Of a stretch of 64,000 nt of DNA, positions 48,887 through 60,595 are shown in pieces. The stretch is from Negaprion brevirostris. Its lineage: Eukaryota. The stretch's first letter is position 1, and each line of letters begins with the position of its first letter. The stretch covers positions 12,065,407 to 12,129,406 of the forward strand of contig JARDVH010000157.1 of the NCBI GenBank assembly GCA_030324005.1, in the 5' to 3' direction. A model generated the notes under the pieces. The model saw only the letters and a program-made list of their open reading frames with translations. It was not told where the DNA came from and ran no database searches. Made by a program: the position numbers and the translations under genes.

Positions 48887-50111
48887 CCTGATGGCACCAG
48901 GTATCTCAACCCCTGCCAGACCTAACCCAACACTCTGTGTTTGCAGATGTCAAGCACTAAAATCACCACCACAAACAGAGCNNNNNNNNNNACATTCAAG
49001 CAAAACAGCCTGGGTTGAAGATTCCTGTAAATTTTACACTAGGTTACCCTACATGGGTGACATCTACGCAGCCAACTCTAATCTTGGGACGGCAGTCAGT
49101 TTGGTATTGGATTGATTCCAGAGTAAACAGCAGGGCAATAACGTTGGGTTAGGCCTTACTGTAAAATAGAATCCTTATATTGGCCCCCAACAATCCTTGT
49201 ATCCATTATCAATAACTCTTGCATTGGGATACTAACTGGTTCGGTACACACACGCACACACACACACACTCAGGCCTGGCTCTTGGCCTGCGAGGAGGCA
49301 GTGGGACTTGGCCTAGGCAGAAATGGCTTCGGAATAGGCCTAAATNNNNNNNNNNNNNNNNNNNNNNNNNNNNNNNNNNNNNNNNNNNNNNNNNNNNNNN
49401 NNNNNNNNNNNNNNNNNNNNNNNNNNNNNNNNNNNNNNNNNNNNNCTGCACATCTTTGGACTGTGGGAGGAAACTAGGAGTACCCAGAAGAAACCCACGC
49501 AGACAACATCCAAACTCAGCACAGATAGTCACCCAAGAGTGGAACTGAACCTGGGTCCCTGGCGCTGTGAGGCAGCAGTGCTAACCACTATGCCATCCTG
49601 ATGGCACCAGGTATCTCAACCCCTGCCAGACCTAACCCAACACCCTGTGCTTGCAGATGTCAAGCACTAAAATCACCACCACAAACAGAGCGACAGATTT
49701 CCATTAGCTCCCCAAGTCGGTACAATGAGCCTCTGGGTTGCTGGGAAGCCAAAATTCTGACATTTAAGCAAAACCTCCTGGGTTGAGGATTCCTGTCAAT
49801 TTTACACCAGGTTACCCTACACGGGCAACATCTACACAGCAAACTCTAATCTTGGGATGGCAGTCAAATTGGCATTGGATTGACTCCAGTACACGAGGCC
49901 AATAATCTCGAGTTAAGCCGTATTGTAAAATAGAATCCCAATATTGGCCCCCAACAACCCTTGTGTCCATTATCAACAGCTCGTACACTGGGGATACTAA
50001 CTGGTTTGATGCAGAGACAGGCACGACACACGCGCACGCCCAGGCCTAGGCCTGACTCCCGGCCTGCGAGGAGGCAGTGGGAGTCGGCCTAGGCAGAAAT
50101 GGCTTCGGAAT
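48887..50111. repeat. Tandem duplication of a SINE head plus ~500-bp flank (copies ~48887-49335 and ~49597-50111)
   Basis: Both copies start cctgatggcaccaggtatctcaacc and end ggcctaggcagaaatggcttcggaat. Confidence 0.9.
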
Positions 50112-50199
50112 CAGAGTCAAAGAAATCCAGACTAAAGGGTGGGGGGAGAATGGTAATTGTAATCTCCCCCTCCGCACTTTGGAGTTTACACCCTGCTGG

Positions 50200-50525
50200 A
50201 TTTTGATCTGTGAGCAGTCAGCTGCCTAACGGGAGGGTCCAGTTAAAATTACCTGCTCTACATTGGCTAATATGATTAAATCATTATGGGGCGGTGGGGG
50301 TCCGAAGAGGGAGAGAGAGAGAAATGAAAATCCAGTATTCTCCTACAAAGTTAACAGCTTGCATTAATAAACGCGAGCTTTCAGTGAGTAAACACCAAAT
50401 GGCTGTGATTAAAAGAAATACGAGTTGACCATCTGTACAAAAGGCAGCCCGCCCCTTGAAAGATCTGAAGGTCCACACAGCATTGACCAGTGTATAATCA
50501 TTGTCACACCCGTCCAGACTGGAGT
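50200..50525. promoter_or_regulatory. Candidate conserved non-coding element/enhancer
   Basis: Contains ATGATTAAATCAT (imperfect palindrome), GCATTAAT, GTAAACA (forkhead), CAGCTG/CATCTG E-boxes and retained CpGs. Confidence 0.45.
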
Positions 50526-50744
50526 CTGTCCGGATCACATGCAGAACTGTGGTGTAAGGGCCACATGGTGCTGGGGAAGGGGGAGGAAGGTGCGGCAGGG
50601 CAACGTGGAGGGGAGAAGGCCTCCCTCCCCAACGCTACTCACAGGAGGAGGACTCTGCATTATTCCTAGTTGTTTGAATCTTCTATTGGAAGAAATTGTG
50701 ACTCTTCTAACTTTTGCATTTATTTCTCTACATAAACGAATACC

Positions 50745-51290
50745 TTAATTCCTGGTGCTACTGCTGCTCGTAGCTTCCTGCCTTGCCCTAACTGGTGCAG
50801 CTGGGCACTCTGTGCACTTTGTAGCTCCTGTGTGTGCTTCTCAGCACTTTCCATCACTGGTGCCATTTTCAGTGCCTTTTTTAAAACTATCTCTGATTGA
50901 GCTAACAATTTTCTCTATATAGCTGCATTGTTTACACCACATACCAATCAATCCTTTAACAGGTCATCCAATGCTGCCCCAAAATTGCAGTGCTCTGTGA
51001 TTTGTCTTATCCTTGCTACAAAGGCTTTAATGGTCCCTCTGTGGCTCTCCCCATGGAGTTAAATTTATATCTTTACAATATTACTGAGAGGTTAGGGTGG
51101 TAATGTTCATTTGCTAGCTCAATGAGCCTTGCAAAGTTTTGGAGTCAGGAGTGTCTGGGGACATTAAACTTTGGACCAAGTTATATGTCTGGGTCCCACA
51201 TGCAGTCAGCAATATAACTTTCTTCTAATCCTCCCCCTCTATTTCATTCACACACAAAAAGTTCCACATTCTGTACCCAGTCTTCTATAG
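50745..51290 (-). mobile_element. Gypsy gag remnant
   Basis: Minus-strand CGTQTYNLV, RYKFNS, CNFGAALDDLLKD.LVCGV and LLAQSE...ALKMAPVMESAEK. Confidence 0.8.
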
Positions 51291-52292
51291 CAGCATTGAA
51301 ACTTTCTAATTTTCTGAAGTGAAGCATGTCTACTTTTTCCTCTTTTGCTAACTGGACTCAATTGAACTTGAACTACAACCCCTGAAAATGAACTTTCCTT
51401 CACATTTTTCATTGCAATCTGAGTTACTGTTACTTTCCTCATCACAAATGTAGTAAATTCAATAATTGATGCCAACCAGTTAGCTAACAACCAAATCAAT
51501 GTGTTCATTCTTAGCTTTAGGATCCATCTGGCTGCAAAAGCCTGCACTTTGCCCTGAGATCCCCACACTCTTTTCAATTGGGTGATCAGATCACATGGTC
51601 CTTCCAATGCATGCCCCTTAAACTTTATTGAAAGCTGTGATACCTTTTAGGTTACATTCCATTGGATGCCAGCACCACCTGATAGCTCAACTGACAGCTT
51701 CTTTCCAATTTAGATTTGACAAAATTGATTTTGCTGAGTTATTTGAGCAGGATGGATGTCCTAGCCAGTTAAAGTCCAATTTCACTCCTATTTTGTATCT
51801 AAATGAGTTTCCAGCAGGATGATATGACTCTAAGATTAAGCCCAAATCAGTCCATTTTCTACCTTCCACAACCTGTTCACTGGGTATGATAGTATAAATG
51901 CACAATCTGACATTGCTAAGGCTCCACAATTGCCCCCTGTTCCTGCTGTGGAATTGAATACCACAGCCCCTCAACTCTCTGTATAAAGAAATCTTGCAAT
52001 CCCATGTTTTAAATCCTTACATTCATTGTTGTATCTCTGGCCCTTTCTACCACTGGAAACTGTCTGGTTCTATCAACCCTATTCTAATTCTTTTATGATT
52101 TTAAATACTTGTGTTTTGTGGTTCCCAGAAGTTTGAAATAATGACACTTTTAGACACAAATACTGGAGTTAACGTCAACTGTTATTCTTGATGCTCGCCA
52201 TGTGGACAGTGAAATGATACTTTGTTTCTTTGGAATACTGACTGTAGTGCAATAGTAAGAGACATGTCATTTTGGGTTTGCATGTACACAAG

Positions 52293-52445
52293 TGGTTAGG
52301 TTGATTGGCCATAACAAATTGCCCCTTAGTGTCAGGGGGATTAGGCCTGTAAATATGTAGGGTTATGTGGATGGGATCTGGGGGGATTGTTGTTGGTGCA
52401 GGCTGGATGGGCCAAATGGCCTCCTTCAGCACTGTAGTTTTTATG
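52293..52445 (+). mobile_element. HE1-like SINE 3' half
   Basis: gttaggttgattggccataacaaattgccccttagtgtc...gggccaaatggcctcctt. Confidence 0.85.
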
Positions 52446-52899
52446 TGCATAACAATATGTCTCCTACCTCTTTTCAAATACTATAACAATATATTTCTCT
52501 CTTTTAGAAAAATACTTCTCTGTATCAGTGCAACTATTCCAATCTTTTTTATTATGTCTAAATTAAAGAAGATTAACAATTGACTTTTATAATTAAACCA
52601 AATACCTTAACAGTCTTTTATAGCTTGTTTTCTCATGAAAACTATTTACAGTATCACTTAGTTGGTAGGATGTTGTGCCGCCATTTCATGAATTTGGTTT
52701 TCTTTGCTCTCAGTGATTAGTTGGTGCGTTTTACTGGCAACGATGTACATGTTGGTCCTGGTGTTGTAAGAGTTGTACTTGATGTTGTGTCACTTGTTGG
52801 TGGTGCTGTTGATGTTGCCTCACACATCAGTAATATTATTGGTGTTGATGGTTACCTTTTCTGCTTTTCAGTTCAGGTGTAGGTCAAATATTCCTTCTC

Positions 52900-54125
52900 A
52901 TTTATTCCCAGTTTCAGTCTCTCTTTGATGTATGACCTTGCTGGCTTCAGATTTTCAGGATTGAATCCTGTGTATATACAGTTTATCCTTTCAACAGCTC
53001 AGGCAGTGATTTAGTGTGCTTGCTGTAGTGTTGATTTCTTTCTACCTATGCATCAGTTGAGTTATTGTCTTACTTTTTCCTGGTCATTTAGAGGTTGTAC
53101 CTTGCTTAGCGGCACTGTTTCATATTTTCTGCCATTGAATACTTCTGCAGGTGATTTCATGTCAGCCTTGAGAGGTGTAGCTCAAAGTGACAATGAAGCA
53201 AGGTTTGGGTCTCCCTTTGTCTCTCGACATTCCATGAGGTTTCTCTTGACCATTTGAATGTATCTTTTTGTAAAACCTTGTTCCCTTGGGTTATGTAGTG
53301 ATGAGGTTGAACCCATATTGATCAGCAAATAATTCTTTAAATTCCTTGGAGGTGAAATGAGTTCCATTTACCACATTATTTTTTTCAAGAATTCCTTCCC
53401 TGGCAAACAGAACTTGTATAGCTGAGATGATTATAGTAACTCTCAAATATTCACCTTTCTGATAAAAGGGATCTTTGAGTAATAGGCTGTTACAATGGGA
53501 TACCATTGTGGATTGTATATGAATAAGGCAGCTCCTACAGTATTTCATGGTTTAGGTGGTACTTCAGTAACTATGATATCATCTTTCTGTTGTGTATTTC
53601 TATACTTCTGACATGCAATGATGTAGCCACCAAACTATAAGATAACTCTGTAGAGCACAGCAATACTGCAGGGGTTACTCTTAAGGTTTCAAACTTATGA
53701 TTTCACTCTGAAATACAAGCCAAGGTGACAAATACCCGAAAGCAGATACCCTATCTCATTTGTCACCTCATGAGAGATATAAGATAAAAGATCTAAGGGA
53801 TGGATCTTTACATCTAGTGAACATAGCACCACTGAAATTGAGTCAAAATAGAGTTGAGACCCTCAAGGAAGAATTTTAAATGCTGTCTCAGTATGTAATC
53901 AAAAGATAGCCTGAAAAGTTGTAGCAAACACAACCAACAACAAGGCACTAATGATCAATCAGAGATAACATCTCATTGGACAATGATGTTCTTTGGCCTG
54001 ATGCAGAATCACCGTGCACAAAATGATGCAGAGAGAACACCTCCTGAAAATATATGAAGGCCTTGGAGACTCTCAGTGCTAGATCAGCAGCATGCTGGCT
54101 GACCTTCACAAGGACATGAAATGAA
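52900..54125. mobile_element. Gypsy RNase H-integrase remnant with an internal inversion
   Basis: The minus strand at 53620-52960 gives ACQKYRNTQQKD and LFAREGILEK..VNGTHFTSKEFKE. The plus strand at 53640-54125 gives LRFQTYDFTLKYKP, ADTLS and LLKIYEG. Confidence 0.75.
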
Positions 54126-55146
54126 CATCATTGAACTCTCTTTCAATGTTGGCATATCTGGTCTCAGCTGATTTTAGAGCTTTGGATGTGAATGCTATAG
54201 GATTCCCCTCTTGGACCAAGGGCACTGCCAGAAAAATTAATTAGTGCCTGAGAAATAGGAGACACAACTCGCAGCATTGTTGTTGGTGGACATTGCAGTG
54301 CTGGATCCTCACTTGGTTTATTGCCACCAACTTCACCATCAACACAGCAATGGTTGATATCTTCCCTGGCCAGCTGAATGGCTCTGTTCTTGAAATCCAT
54401 GACAGCAGGGCAGTGCGGGGACCAGCGCTGGAGAGTGTGTTTCGTGAGGCAGGGAGGGGGCAAGGGGGTGTACTGCTTTGAGGTGAGCGTCAGGGGACTG
54501 TTCAGGGAGAATGTTCAGGAGAGGTGTCCCATTTTTACTTTTTTGTATTGGGGCAGCCTTTAAAAAAGGTGCCCCGATCTTTAATAATCTAGGTTGCTGG
54601 CAGGGCAGGCTCAATCAGAGTCGCCCCGCAAGTGTGACATTGCAGGACTTGTGCCTTGGATTTCTTTTTCAAAGATCCTAACAAAACATCAGAGAAGGCT
54701 GTCATTGGGCCTGGAGACTTCAACACCACTTTCCCCACCTGCTGCGGTACCACGCATTAAAAAGATAGAATGCTGCCGTCAAATTTTTCTTTCTCTCTGG
54801 CATGAACTTGGGTTGATTTTTTTTCAGCACTTATTTTGTTTACAATGCTCATGTAATTCTCACAAACACCTGCTGCCACCACATTATGCCTTGCGGTTCT
54901 GAGAAATTCAAAATAATCTCACCTTTGGAAATAAATACTAAAGCTGACATCACTACAGCTATCCATGTGGGAGGTGGAATGATGCATTGCTGCTTTGGAA
55001 AATAGGCTGTAATATTCTGAGTGATGTGACTTTCTGGATAACAATATAGTTCCTCGTTCTTTTTGAAAAACATAAGACAACACTTCTATTATACCTGCAT
55101 TGTTCTAATGAACAAATCATTTTGTCAAGACTCTTCATATTTATAT

Positions 55147-55333
55147 TTCACAGGTGCATACTGTTGCTGAGGTAGACTTTCACAGGTGCCTACTTTTGTG
55201 GTGTTAGAGTTTCATGGGCACACACTGTTGCTAGGGTAGAGTTTCATGGGTGCCAACTGTTGCTGGGGTGGAAGTTCACTGGTGCACGCTATTGATGGGG
55301 TAGAGTTTCATGGACCACACTGTTGCTGAAGTA
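55147..55333 (+). repeat. Minisatellite, about 6 x 32 bp
   Basis: Unit ttcaYRggtgcaYactgttgctgRggtagagt, head-to-tail with no spacers. Confidence 0.9.
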
Positions 55334-58019
55334 AATAGCATCAACTTACTCAGTACAAATGGAAAGATCAAACCTGGAGTCTTTCTGTTTTGTGTAGATC
55401 AGCAACAGCCTGAGTAGTGCAGTTACTCCATGAACCATCAGCAAAGGTATATTTTATGCTCAGGTCAAGTGTCACTCAAATCCAATGTTTGTCTGAGGAA
55501 GAAGCTGAAGATTATGTTCCAAATGACTATGGTTTTCTTTATGCAGTCGCAAAGTATTCATGATAGTTCCTAATCCATCACAATTCAATAATAATGCAAA
55601 ACCTAAACGCAGAAGTTATCAAGCAGTGAAGAGTTGAACAAAATCACTCAGCACACACCCGTCCTGCTTGGCTGCATTTGCCTTTATCCACTTAAATTTG
55701 ATGCTATTTTTACAACTGTGTCCTATAGCATGACGCCAGTGGGATTATTTCACTCTGTGATGGTTTGAAATTTGACCATGAAGATCTATGAACGTGATAC
55801 AGAGAGATCAGCATTCTCTCACATAACTAGAGTCAGTGGAATGTGAGTGATATTGGAGTGAATTTCTTATTTTCTAATTCAGTTTTGCCACTCCCTAAGG
55901 CCAGAACACCAATATCTCTGTCGAGACTTTTTTGTCACATTGACTAAGTCTCTGAGAATGAGATATGAATGACCTCCAAATCTTCCCCCTTTGCATAATT
56001 AATATGCAACTTCTATTTCTATCAGCAGCATAGCCAAGCATTCCAAGGCACCTCACAAGGGCATAGTCAGACAAAAACTGACATCAAGCTAAAGAAGGGG
56101 ATTTTAGGATAAGTGCATAAAAGAGTTATCTAAATGAGAAGGAAGAGATGGAGAAGTTTTGGGAGGCCATTCCAGAGTTTAGGACCAAGTTGGTTGAATA
56201 CACTTCTGCCAGTGGCAGAATGAAACATGTNNNNNNNNNNNNNNNNNNNNNNNNNNNNNNNNNNNNNNNNNNNNNNNNNNNNNNNNNNNAGAGATCTGAG
56301 CACTCAGTTGGGAAGTTTTAAATTGACATATACTTATTCTGCCTGTCAGTCTGTTGTAAAGTGAGTTGAACAACCCATGTGACTGCATTAAGAGCCATGT
56401 CTGGTAGGATGGGATCTGATCTGAGGTTACTTCTATATAATAAAGTTAGACAATTAGTTTGCACCATGCCAGAAGCCGATGAACACATGGAGCTGCCTTA
56501 GTAGTCTAGAGTCTGACCATAATGGCCTGTTGAGGAAAGAAGCTCATGTAGGATGTTGGGCCCAGAACCCCAAAAAATTTGTTTTGAGACCAATCCATGT
56601 GCAAAAAGAGGGGGATTGATATCTTGTCAGAAAGAGTTTTCAAATTAGAAAGATATCAATAGTACTGCTTTAGGGAAAGGAAATTAACATTCTTTAAAGC
56701 TGACAATCAATATTTGGTGTTAAAGGGATATCCATGGTAAAACACTTCACTTAACTGGCTTACTCAAGAATCTTAGTGTTGTTATATACTACACACTCTC
56801 TGATATCTCCAGGACCTAGACACCCTCTCCTTTATACTTATTAGGGCAGTTCATAGAGTCTTACAGCATAAAAGATCATTCATATCCATTCTGCCACACA
56901 TTTGAAAGAGTTGATGTAGAAATCCCCTTTTGCAGTTCACTTGAAATAGATATGCAACTTATCCTGTTAAATCTTACAAGCCTGGTTCAATGTCTTAAAG
57001 CGGTTGTTAGATCCTTTTGAATGCTTCCCTTCACCTATGTTTCAGTGATACAATGACTATCTTGAATTTCATGTTCTCTTTTTCACTGCCCCTCCAATGT
57101 CAATTCCACAACACTTCATCCATTTTTGCTATTCTCCTTTCATGCTCTCTCAATTATTTAGACAAACTGTCTGATACACTCTCCCTGCTCCTGCATCCTC
57201 ATTATGTAGAAATCAAGATGCATTACACTTCCTTCCATCCCAGCACAATCTTTGTTAATCATGGTATTCTTTTAGTTATGTGATAGAGCAGATCCCGCTG
57301 ACATATTAGCCATTCACCCTGCAATGTGTTTTTCACTTGTTGGTCCTACCCAATCAAATATTCACGATTCTGACTTTTATGCTACGTTAGGTAATCCATC
57401 CCTCTCATGGAATGCCTTCTGGCCCTTGTTTTACCTCACTAGCTCTTGACTGACCTGTCAATGTCTCTCTGCCATGCTCTCCTCTCTGTTCAAGACCACT
57501 TAACTCATCAGTCCCTTGCTGCTTTAGCCCACTCTGAATCACCGGCCCACCTTTGACTCACTGATCCCTATCTGTTGTAATTTTTTCTTGTTGTCAGGTA
57601 TTTTGTTTCATATAGAAGTATTTGAAGTTCTAGAGGGAGACAGAATGTGTTTGAGTGATATTATCAGAGTTTGATGTGAGCATCCCACCCACAGTAATTT
57701 TATTTAAAATATGTTTTTAATATTGAACAAATGAACTTCATAATTGACTAAGGGATTGTGCTTCAACTCACACCCCCACACAGAGAAGCTTTGAATGGCA
57801 TATTGTTTTCTGGTATTCAGGAAAATGTACTCCTGTCCTCAGAGAGCTGAGTTGATTCCAAAAATCAATTGTTCAAAATTAAATTCAATAGCAATTGGAA
57901 TATTTGGAATTACTTCAAGTTATGATTCAGAACAAAAGTGGTGCATAAGTTAGGGAATAGCAATGGGTTCACCGTGAAGCACATCACATACCTGAATGCC
58001 ACCCAAAAATAAATTGTAC

Positions 58020-58620
58020 GTAGAGGCAAAGGGGAGCGGGTGGGGGCTGTTGTAGGGAGGGGTGAAAGGAGTAGGTGGGAATCGTAATGGGTGAAGAAAG
58101 CAAGATTATGACTGGAGGATTTAGGTAATGGATGAAAGACAGCAGTTAAGTGTTAAAATGTGGATTCTGGGGGAAGAGCCAAGAGAGATCAGGAGGGAGA
58201 TTGGAGAACCCAAACCAGAAAGGCTGGCATTTACAGTATAGGGAAGAAATGGGCCGATAGAATTACATTGTAGATTCTGGAGGAGTGGGGCATGGTACAG
58301 AGAAGGTCACCTTAAGGGTAGAGACAAGCCATGACAGCACTTGGGGTCTGCTGACTTGCAGTAGAGAAAATAAAGATTCCCAAAAGGAGCTAAACTAAGG
58401 CTGGGAGGAAAGGAGGTGAGGAGACAGCCATTGACATTGCAGGGATGAAAAGCTTTCTTAAATGTTAAAAAGTCATTACAAAATAGCTGAAAATGTGACT
58501 CCTCAAAGGGATGAAAGAAATGACTACCCAAAATGATGGGAGGAGAAGTTAAATAAGTACACTGGACAACACAAGCATCGTCTGTGGACAAGGATAGGCT
58601 GTGCAAGCAGACCTAGGCAT
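58020..58620 (-). mobile_element. Very old L2-like fragment
   Basis: Purine-rich plus strand with remnants similar to other L2 fragments in the window. Confidence 0.35.
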
Positions 58621-59859
58621 ACCATGGCCTGAAAAGCAGATAGAGTGAGGTATATTGCAGTGCTGCAGATAGCACATTCTTGGCACAGTGCAGGGACAGA
58701 CTGATGGAACAATGATTGCAACTACACATAATTGCTGCCTAGTTAGTGAATGATTGCAGTTTGTGTTTAGATTTTAGGACATACAAATTACATGACACTG
58801 GCTGGCTCTGTCAGCTCCATTTCCAGTGGTCTATTATTTCAAAAAAAATGTTTCTGTGGTTTAAGTTTAAATTGAGGATCTTCAAATATGCAGTGGTACA
58901 CCAGGGCCAATTACATCTCCACGTCCTTAGTAAATGAGACACTTTCCAACAAAGCAAACAGTGCCTCATACAACTTTTTGACCTATCTGGAATTACTTCT
59001 GCTTCAATTCAGAAAACTGAAATTCCTGACTGTATTTCCTGAAAGGTTGACACCTTTGCTCCCTTTATAACTCATTGGGTGATTATACCACCTAGCATTA
59101 TACCGATCTTTAGAGAGTAGTAAGTGCCTCAGTTCAATGCCTGGAGCTTGTTGCTAGTCTCATTCAGATGGGGTATGCAATGCTTCAATTGGCCTCAGTG
59201 TCTGGAAAAGGGGAGGAAAAAATTTTTATAAATTATCGGTCTTGTTGGAAGGAGAACATCCAGCAGTTAAAATTGTGCTTCAGAGCGAGAGGAAATCGGG
59301 GAGACTTATGATAGTAGAACTAAAGGGAGATACAATAAAGAGCAATGTTTAAGGCCAGTCCAAGGCAACAATTTAGTTGTTAGTTTACTGGGAGTGAAGA
59401 ACACTCAGTCAGGGTGATAAGGCATAGTATTAGGGAAAACAGCATCAGGTGAATTTTTACAGGAAAGAGAAGTTGGAAATGCGTATCTGTGTGAAGAGAG
59501 TCAGAAACGTGATGGCAAGATTTGACTCAACGTTGATCACTCAAGACAATCCCCTTCTGACTGTAAATGAAGTGGATAAGAATAGTCACGGCCGGAGAGT
59601 CGTATCTTAGCTAGAGTCGTGCAGGACCACTGTAATTAGCTTAAATTCTATTAAAGCAGAAATAGTTATCCAGATGGTGTTTATTTGATGAGATCCAGTT
59701 TCCTTTCTTCCAATTTTCTCACAGATCTCTAATTTACTGCCAGTGTGAACAAGTATAGTAGTGTAAAAGTGCACAAATGCCAGTCTCAGAAAATATAATT
59801 CGGAACAACTCTTTGGAAGAGGAGATAATTGGGAATAAAATACTGATGCCTCAACAATG

Positions 59860-60165
59860 ACAATTTGAATTTATATCCACCTTTAATTTGGTAAAATACC
59901 CCAAGTTACTTGACAGAATTGTAACAAGACAAACAAGCAGCAATTAGCAGAAAGTCTTAAAGGAGGAGTAAGAGGTAGAGAGGCGTTGAGTTTGGGAAAG
60001 AATCCCAGAGCTAGGGACTAGATATCTGAAGGCACAATCTCTGGATTAAAGGAAGGTGAAGTTGGACAAGAGACCAGAGTTGAAGAAATGCAGAGTGTAG
60101 AGTTGAAGGAGGTTACAGACGTTGAGAACGTAGAGAGCCTGATGCAGTTTGAACATTAAAATGTT
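59860..60165 (-). mobile_element. L2-like 3' end
   Basis: Colinear with 35570-35900. Confidence 0.65.
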
Positions 60166-60245
60166 GTTGTAAAAGGCACAAAAACATTTCAAGCTGTACA
60201 GTAAGTCTCCTCATTTCATTCTCTCTTTTTCCCCCCAATGTTCAG

Positions 60246-60595
60246 GTGACAGTGAGGTGGTAGATAACATGTATGAAACAGATCCTGAACCACCAGCTGG
60301 GGAGAGCGGAGAAGAAGAAACAGAAGACAGCATCATGTCTCCAATTCCTGTGGGCCCACCATCCCCACTTCCCCCCAGCGACGAATTCACTCCAAAGGAA
60401 GGGCCCCCTTATGAAGCCCCTGTCTACATTCCTGATGACATTCCAATCCCACCTGACTTCGAGCTGAGAGAGTCTTCAGTCCCTGGAGCAGGATTAGGGA
60501 TTTGGGCCAAGAAGAAGAATGAAGTAGGAGAGAAATTCGGTCCCTATGCAGGGATTCAGAGGGTGACACTAAAGGACCCAAACTTTGGATGGGAG
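60246..60595 (+). CDS. PRDM16: PRDM16 coding exon 2 (N-terminal region and first half of the PR/SET domain); internal exon, phase 1 in, phase 0 out
   Basis: A polypyrimidine tract (~60204-60237) and ttcAG acceptor precede 60246, and a GAG|GTCAGT donor follows 60595. The translation is [116 protein letters not shown]. It is colinear with recalled human PRDM16 (DVVNNMYE...[17 protein letters not shown]...[16 protein letters not shown]...FGWE). The NMYE and [11 protein letters not shown] blocks distinguish it from the paralog MECOM. Confidence 0.95.

Larger units (their letters stand above)
1..60245 (+). other. PRDM16: 3' part of PRDM16 intron 1 (inferred)
   Basis: No exon 1 (MRSKARARKL-type peptide) or CpG-island promoter is seen upstream in the window. 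PRDM16 intron 1 is known to be very large in vertebrates. Confidence 0.75.

Noticed and set aside
55147-55333. CRISPR-like 32-bp periodicity
   Set aside because: Units are contiguous with no unique spacers, there are no cas genes, and the context is vertebrate.
60246-60595. Assignment to MECOM (MDS1/EVI1)
   Set aside because: The N-terminal half ([19 protein letters not shown]) matches PRDM16, not recalled MECOM.
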